From Desulfobacterales bacterium (GTDB taxonomy: Bacteria > Desulfobacterota > Desulfobacteria > Desulfobacterales > UBA2174): a stretch of DNA of 64,000 bases. The position numbers and the translations under genes were made by a program. The stretch spans positions 64,001 through 128,000 of the forward strand of contig CAXXWC010000008.1 of NCBI GenBank assembly GCA_963668645.2. The letters run 5' to 3'. The notes below the pieces were generated by a model. That model had not been told where the DNA came from. It worked only from the letters and a program-made list of their open reading frames with translations, and searched no databases. This document shows positions 58,572-64,000 of the stretch, one piece after another. Within the stretch, counting starts at the first letter, position 1. Every line of letters begins with the position of its first letter.

Positions 58572-59501
58572 CTACTCGATGGTCTGTCTGAGCCGGGGCC
58601 AGCGATGTACAAGAGTTCCGACCACACCCCGGGGCAGAAATAGAATCAGGAAGATAATGGCCAGACCAAGAACCAGCAGGTTTAGCAGGGGAAATCTCCC
58701 CCAGATGAAATCATCCAGGCCGTACATGAAAGCAGCCCCGAAAATGGGGCCGATAATGGTTCCCAAGCCCCCGAACATGGCATAGACAATGGCTTTGGCG
58801 GTGGTGAGCATGTTGAAGGAGGTGTCTGGATCCACGATGGCCGTGAACCATGCCTCGATACCGCCGGCAAGTGCCGGTATCGCGGCCGACAACATCCATG
58901 CCTTGAGCCTGCTCAAAGAGACGTTGATGCCCATGACGGCGGCAGCCGCTTCGTCGTCGCGGATACACCGCAGGGCGATTCCCAGTCTCGATCGCGACAG
59001 CCACATCGCCACCAGTACGCTGATTACCGTCAATGCCAGCATGAAGTAGTAGCTCATCAGCGGCTTGTAAGCGCCTGACATGCTGATGCCAAAGCTTCCC
59101 CCGGCCCATGCTTCGGGCAGGTTGGCCACAACGATGCGCAGCACCATGGCCGATGAAAAATTGACGATGGCAAAGTAGATGCCTTTGAGTCGGAGGGTCG
59201 GGGCAAAGACCAGCGACAGCAGGACACCCGCTGCGCCCGAGCAGAGGATGGCCAGGGGAACCGGCATCCCCAGGCGGCTCCACAGCACGGCGGTCACATA
59301 GGTTCCCACGCCATAGAACATCACGTAGCCGAACGGCAGGTATCCGACAAAACCGTAAATGATGTTGAAGGCGCTCGCCATGGTGATCCAGAACATCATG
59401 TAGAAAAAATACGGCCTGGAAAACGGCAGCACAGGGACCGTGGCGAGAAACAACGCGGCAATCAGGACGGTGGTAAGGGTGATTTTCCCAGAATTTCGCA
59501 T
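58572..59501 (-). CDS. LivM-like permease
   Basis: LRLKGIYFAI, IRDDE.AA, GGLGT.IGP and PRGVVG motifs. Confidence 0.88.
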   Translation of the reverse strand: MRNSGKITLTTVLIAALFLATVPVLPFSRPYFFYMMFWITMASAFNIIYGFVGYLPFGYVMFYGVGTYVTAVLWSRLGMPVPLAILCSGAAGVLLSLVFAPTLRLKGIYFAIVNFSSAMVLRIVVANLPEAWAGGSFGISMSGAYKPLMSYYFMLALTVISVLVAMWLSRSRLGIALRCIRDDEAAAAVMGINVSLSRLKAWMLSAAIPALAGGIEAWFTAIVDPDTSFNMLTTAKAIVYAMFGGLGTIIGPIFGAAFMYGLDDFIWGRFPLLNLLVLGLAIIFLILFLPRGVVGTLVHRWPRLRQTIE

Positions 59502-59668
59502 AGTATAGAATTCTTGTGCCGACAGGTGGCGTGTGGAGGATCCGTGCTGTTCATTCCTTGCTCTGCCGACCGTGAAACAGCAACCGGGCGGATGCATCTC
59601 GCCGGCCGGAGCGATGGTGGAAAACGGCCGCCGCTCCGGCTGGCGCATGCCCTAAAATTCAACGGTGA

Positions 59669-60991
59669 TCAGACATCGACATATTTTTCGAGCTCCCACG
59701 GATGTACCGTGGTGGTGAATTCGGCGACTTCCTTGCGTTTAAAGGCGAGGAATGTCCGTGTAAACGTATCGCCGAAGGCGGCCCGCAGCACTTCGTCGGC
59801 TTCGAACGCATCCAGGGCTTCCTTCAGATCGGCAGGAAGATTTTCGATGCCCCGCGCCTGCTTTTCTTTCGGTGTGAGCTCATAGATGTTGTCGTTGATG
59901 AAATCTGGCGGCGTGAGCTTTTTCCTGACTCCGTCAAGACCGGCGGCCAGCAAGGCGGCGTAGGCCAGGTACGGGTTGCAGCTCGAATCCGGATTGCGCG
60001 TTTCCACCCTCATGGCCTTGGGATTGCCCGCTGGAATGCGAAGCAGGCTCGATCGGTTGCCGAAACCCCAGGAAATGTACACCGGGGCCTCCCAGCCTGG
60101 GACCAGCCGCTTGTAGGAGTTGACCGAAGGATTGGTGATACCGGCCAGACCCCGTGCGTGCACCAAAAGCCCTGCGATAAACTGTCTGGCGATGTCGGAC
60201 AGGTTCTGGTCCCGGTTCCGGTCGTAAAACAGGTTTTCTCCTGAAGTGCTGTCTTTAAGGTTCAGATGCACATGCATACCGCAGCCGTAGGTCCAGATGA
60301 AGGGCTTGGGCATGAACGAGGCGATCAGCCCTCTTTGGGCGGCCAGGTACTTGACCACCTGGCGATAGGTCATGGTGTGGTCGGCGATCTGCAGGCAGTC
60401 GCCGTAGGCAAAGGTGATTTCGTGCTTGCCGTTGGGCACCTCGTGGTGGCTTTTTTCGGTTATCATACCCACCGAATCGAGGGCTCGGCTGATGTCCTTG
60501 CGAAATTCGCACCCTTTATCGTAAGGCGGAATATCGAAATAGGTTGCCCGGTCATTGGGGATATGCTGGCCATTTTCATCCTTTTCCAACAGGAAGAACT
60601 CGATCTCCGGCGCCAGCATAAAGTCCCATTCCTGACCGAACTCGGATTTCATTTCGGTCACCATCTTTTTGAGCAGGCACCTGGGGTCGGCCTCAAACGG
60701 TGCGCTCCCGGATCCGTCCAACACGTCGCAGATGAATCGTGCCGTACGGTTTTCCTCCTTGCCCCAGGGCAGGACCTGGTAGGTGGACAGGTCCGGTTTC
60801 AACGTCAGGTCGCTCTGGTTGACCGGAACATACCTGCACGAGGATCCGTCAAAGCCGACGCCGTCTGTCAGCAGGGCTTCCACCTTGCGTGCCGGGTGAA
60901 TCAGCTGGCGGATTTTTCCGTCAATGGTTGTGAATTGAAAGTTGATAAACCGGATATTATCCCGCTCCATTTTCTCGATAAGATCCTGCAT
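59669..60991 (-). CDS. Glutamine synthetase-family ligase (possibly gamma-glutamylating another amine)
   Basis: GFDGSS, EIEF, HHEV, FMPKP, GCGMHVH, NSYKRLVPGWEAP, NRS..RIP and ETRNPD motifs. Confidence 0.85.
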   Translation of the reverse strand: MQDLIEKMERDNIRFINFQFTTIDGKIRQLIHPARKVEALLTDGVGFDGSSCRYVPVNQSDLTLKPDLSTYQVLPWGKEENRTARFICDVLDGSGSAPFEADPRCLLKKMVTEMKSEFGQEWDFMLAPEIEFFLLEKDENGQHIPNDRATYFDIPPYDKGCEFRKDISRALDSVGMITEKSHHEVPNGKHEITFAYGDCLQIADHTMTYRQVVKYLAAQRGLIASFMPKPFIWTYGCGMHVHLNLKDSTSGENLFYDRNRDQNLSDIARQFIAGLLVHARGLAGITNPSVNSYKRLVPGWEAPVYISWGFGNRSSLLRIPAGNPKAMRVETRNPDSSCNPYLAYAALLAAGLDGVRKKLTPPDFINDNIYELTPKEKQARGIENLPADLKEALDAFEADEVLRAAFGDTFTRTFLAFKRKEVAEFTTTVHPWELEKYVDV

Positions 60992-61006
60992 GGTCAGTCA
61001 GCCTCC

Positions 61007-62272
61007 CTATTGCTGGTCGAGTAATAAAAGCGCCTTGAAAAGGCATTTGGCGCCTTTGAGAATGCTTTGAGTATCGGTGAATTCTTCAGGGCAATGGCTC
61101 AAGCCGTTGCGGCATGGGATGAAAATCATCCCCGCCTTGCAGATGCGGCCGACGTGGGCGGCATCGTGGCCGGCCATGCTGACTTCGTTCAACGTGGCCA
61201 AGCCGAGCCAGTCGGATGATTCAGCGATGGCCCGGGTCACCACAGGGGAGAAATGGATCGGCTTGCTGTCGTAGGTCACCTTGCGTTCGATCCTGACTCC
61301 CCGGCTGGCGCGCACCCCATCGATGCAGCCGGCGACCTTGTCGATGATGCGGGCGATGCGTTCCGGATAAAAGCTGCGCACCTCCAGATCCAGTACGACC
61401 TGCTCTGGAGTGATGTTAATGGAGTTGGGAAAGACGGTGATGTGGCCTACGGTGCCGACGGCCTGGTCGCCTTCTTCACGGGCTGCCACCTCAAGCCCCA
61501 GGATGATCTGCGAAGCGGCGCAAAGGGCGTCTTTTCTCGCTGCCATGGGCGTTGTGCCGCAGTGGCTGGCGATGCCGGTCACCGTGACCGTTTCACGGTA
61601 GATGCCGGTAACCCCCTCGACGATGCCGATATCCTTCTTTTCCCGTTCCAGGTACGGTTGCTGCTCGATATGAAGCTCGACGAAATACTTGATCTCACCT
61701 TCGCGCCGAACTGCTTCCGCCATCCGGTCAAGATCGCCGCCGATGTTTTTCAGGGCGCTGGGCAGATCGTTGCCGGCATCGTCGCGCAGCGATTCCACAT
61801 CGGCTTTTTTCAGGATGCCGGCCATGCCCCGGCTGCCGAAAGTGGAAATCCCAAAGGTGTTCGGCTCCTCGGAGGCCAGCACACAAAGTTCGAACGGGTG
61901 TTCGGTCTCGATGCCAAGCAGATCCAGCGCGCGGAAAGCCTCCAGTGAGCTGAAGACGCCGGCCGGACCGTCGAATTTTCCGCCATTGCGCACCGAGTCC
62001 AGATGGGACCCGGTCATGATTACCGGCCAGTCGGGATGCCGGCCTTCCCGGCGGGCGAAGATGTTGCCGAGCGGATCGGAGCGGATCTGCAGGTTGAACT
62101 CATCTTGGAGAATTTTTACACAGGTCTCGCGGGCCTCGCGGTCTTCATTGCTGAAAGCCAGCCGGGTAACCCCGCCGGATGGGTCGTGTCCGATGGCCGC
62201 AAAAGCCTCGATTAGCTTCGACATGCGATTTTTGTCAAAGCAGCGGTTGCTATCCAGGTCGGATTGTTTCAT
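61007..62272 (-). CDS. M20 Zn-dependent amidohydrolase (N-carbamoylase/allantoate amidohydrolase family)
   Basis: GSHLDSV..GGKFDG, EE, ELHIEQ, H.GTTPM..RKDAL, AGHDA and SHCPEE motifs. Confidence 0.88.
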   Translation of the reverse strand: MKQSDLDSNRCFDKNRMSKLIEAFAAIGHDPSGGVTRLAFSNEDREARETCVKILQDEFNLQIRSDPLGNIFARREGRHPDWPVIMTGSHLDSVRNGGKFDGPAGVFSSLEAFRALDLLGIETEHPFELCVLASEEPNTFGISTFGSRGMAGILKKADVESLRDDAGNDLPSALKNIGGDLDRMAEAVRREGEIKYFVELHIEQQPYLEREKKDIGIVEGVTGIYRETVTVTGIASHCGTTPMAARKDALCAASQIILGLEVAAREEGDQAVGTVGHITVFPNSINITPEQVVLDLEVRSFYPERIARIIDKVAGCIDGVRASRGVRIERKVTYDSKPIHFSPVVTRAIAESSDWLGLATLNEVSMAGHDAAHVGRICKAGMIFIPCRNGLSHCPEEFTDTQSILKGAKCLFKALLLLDQQ

Positions 62273-62301
62273 TCACTTGTCCTGATACAGAAGTCTATGG
62301 G

Positions 62302-63156
62302 TTACAGAAAAATTCCGATTTCCCGGACCAGCTTCTCGAACTGGCGTGAAAGCTCCTCGGACTCTTTCCGGTTGTTCGTCCCCACACGTTTCACCACCAT
62401 GTTAAACAAGCAGAATGCCGAACCGTAGGAATCGAAGATCGTGCTGAAGGTGATGGGGATCACCAGGGTCGTGCCGGCCAATTTGGCCAGGGGGGAATCG
62501 ATGCGGTCCGTGATGCCGAATACCGTCGCTTCGGATTTTCGGCAAAACCGGACAACATCAATAGTTTCTCGTGGGTATCGGGGAAAGGCGACGGCGATAA
62601 TCAGGTCATCCTTTCCCAGCCCGAGCAATTTGTCATAAACGCTGGTGGCGCCGCAGGTGATGGATGTGACGTTGGTTTTCACTTTGCCGAGGAAGTAGGC
62701 AAAGTACTGGGCCAGAGAGGCCGACCCCCGTGCGCCGACGATGAAAACACGCCTGCATGCGCAGATCCGGGCGACCAGATCGTCGAACTGCTGATGGGGG
62801 AATGTGTGGGCCAGGTGGTCAAGTGTTTGAATCTCCTTGGAGATAATGTCGAATTCGACGATTTCGCTGTTTTCTCTTTCCCCCAGGCTCAGGCGCAGTC
62901 GTTCCGTTGAAGTCAGTTCGGCTTTCAGCAGATCCTGAAGCGCCTCCGCGAATGCAGCGAACTGACCGAAGCCGAGGAACTGGGAAAAGCGGATTACCGT
63001 CGGCTGGCTCACCCCGATTTCTTTGGCCATCTGGGTGGCGGTGAGAAAGGCGGCTCGCGCATGATGATCCAGGATATAGGTAGCGATTTTGGCCTGCTGC
63101 TGAGAAAATTCCCCCTGACGTTGTTTGATCATCTGCAGGATGTTTTTTTCAGCCAA
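62302..63156 (-). CDS. MurR/RpiR family regulator
   Basis: HTH GVSQPTVIRF..LGF; SIS domain G.RGS, FPRY, ITD..SPL; GGAGG RBS before TTG. Confidence 0.88.
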   Translation of the reverse strand: MAEKNILQMIKQRQGEFSQQQAKIATYILDHHARAAFLTATQMAKEIGVSQPTVIRFSQFLGFGQFAAFAEALQDLLKAELTSTERLRLSLGERENSEIVEFDIISKEIQTLDHLAHTFPHQQFDDLVARICACRRVFIVGARGSASLAQYFAYFLGKVKTNVTSITCGATSVYDKLLGLGKDDLIIAVAFPRYPRETIDVVRFCRKSEATVFGITDRIDSPLAKLAGTTLVIPITFSTIFDSYGSAFCLFNMVVKRVGTNNRKESEELSRQFEKLVREIGIFL

Positions 63157-63176
63157 GGTGGCCTCCTGTGAGGGCG

Positions 63177-63192
63177 TGAAGAATAATATTCA
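63177..63192. promoter_or_regulatory. Candidate RpiR operator
   Basis: TGAA-N8-TTCA containing the inverted repeat GAATA-A-TATTC, just upstream of rpiR. Confidence 0.4.
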
Positions 63193-63370
63193 TCATATAC
63201 ACAATAAGAAGACTTTACTTCGTCGCGACCGGGCCTGTCAACTCATAATCTCAAGCCGAGGCAACTCCTGGTCAAATCAGATAGAAAATCGGTGGATTGT
63301 ATCCCGCGTTAGCGTGAATGGCAGCGCCAGACCACGGCACTGGGGAAAAGCGGTCGGATAATTGTTGCGG

Positions 63371-64000
63371 TCAGGGGCGTATCCACTTCAGAGCTTTGAG
63401 TGGAATCTGGCTCTGTTCGAGCTTGTGAATCAGGCCCGGCAGAAGGGTGTCCGCGTTTCCCTTGCAAAACAGGCGAAGGGAAATCCTGGCTGTTGTCGTC
63501 AGGGTTTCGTAATTGCGGTCTATGCCGATGGACGTGACCATAACCTGTTTGCTCTTTAGCATCTCGGCGACCTGATGGATGTCCACGTCGTTGTGGACCG
63601 TGATCAGCAAGTCCCGGTAGATGTCCTTGCGATAGAGCACCTCAAAGCGGCGCAAGGAGACAAGGGCGAACAAGGAGAGGGCTGTCGTGCAGCCGGCGAC
63701 AAAATACATGCCGGCCCCGGCCGCCATGCCGATGGCCGCGGAAATCCACAGACATGCCGCCGTGGTGAGGCCGACGACGGTAAATCCCCCTTTGAGGATG
63801 ACGCCGGCTCCGAGAAAGCCGATGCCGGTGACAACCTGGGCCGCGATCCGCCCCGGATCCGTGACCTTGCTGAATCCGTCCGGCACGACGACGTCGAAGG
63901 TCGCAACATGCGTGGACAGGATGAAAAACAGGGCCGATCCGGCACTGACTAGCAGATGGGTGCGCAAACCGGCCTGCCGGCCGTGCATGTCACGTTCCAA
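63371..64000 (-). CDS. MgtC/SapB family membrane protein, 5'-truncated by window edge
   Basis: ER..AGLRTH, DPGRIAAQVVTGIGFLGAG and GLTTAA motifs. Confidence 0.9.
   Translation of the reverse strand: MERDMHGRQAGLRTHLLVSAGSALFFILSTHVATFDVVVPDGFSKVTDPGRIAAQVVTGIGFLGAGVILKGGFTVVGLTTAACLWISAAIGMAAGAGMYFVAGCTTALSLFALVSLRRFEVLYRKDIYRDLLITVHNDVDIHQVAEMLKSKQVMVTSIGIDRNYETLTTTARISLRLFCKGNADTLLPGLIHKLEQSQIPLKALKWIRP

Overview
A GC-rich bacterial chromosome segment; gene content suggests an anaerobic Desulfobacterota-like organism (inference). It is densely coding, with about 60 CDS, and I found no rRNA, tRNA, CRISPR or intact mobile element. From 1-24.5 kb it holds housekeeping and envelope genes: partial dpaL, uup, a YchF paralog, ydbH-ynbE-ydbL, a MacAB-type exporter divergent from an ECF sigma module, OmpA, CoADR-rhodanese, ycbB/ycbK, ybaK, rluA and bfr. 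From 25-36 kb lies a taurine/sulfonate cluster (xsc, CoA-acylating ALDH, heteromeric ABC importer, tpa, GntR). From 37-45 kb is an Lrp-ord-ortAB-TRAP-D-aminoacylase operon without oraSE. From 45.5-53.3 kb is a lower-GC accessory patch with three damaged genes, a rhombotarget lipoprotein/rhombosortase pair, and the standout feature: a 91-aa peptide with four YG[G/A]PC repeats behind a sigma54-type promoter, followed by a radical SAM/SPASM-TPR enzyme. This is a candidate multi-site RiPP, possibly of the spliceotide type. From 53-63 kb is an RpiR-led catabolic operon of unknown substrate (M20 hydrolase, GS-like ligase, Liv-type ABC, MmgE/PrpD). All calls come from motif recognition by eye; no database searches were run.
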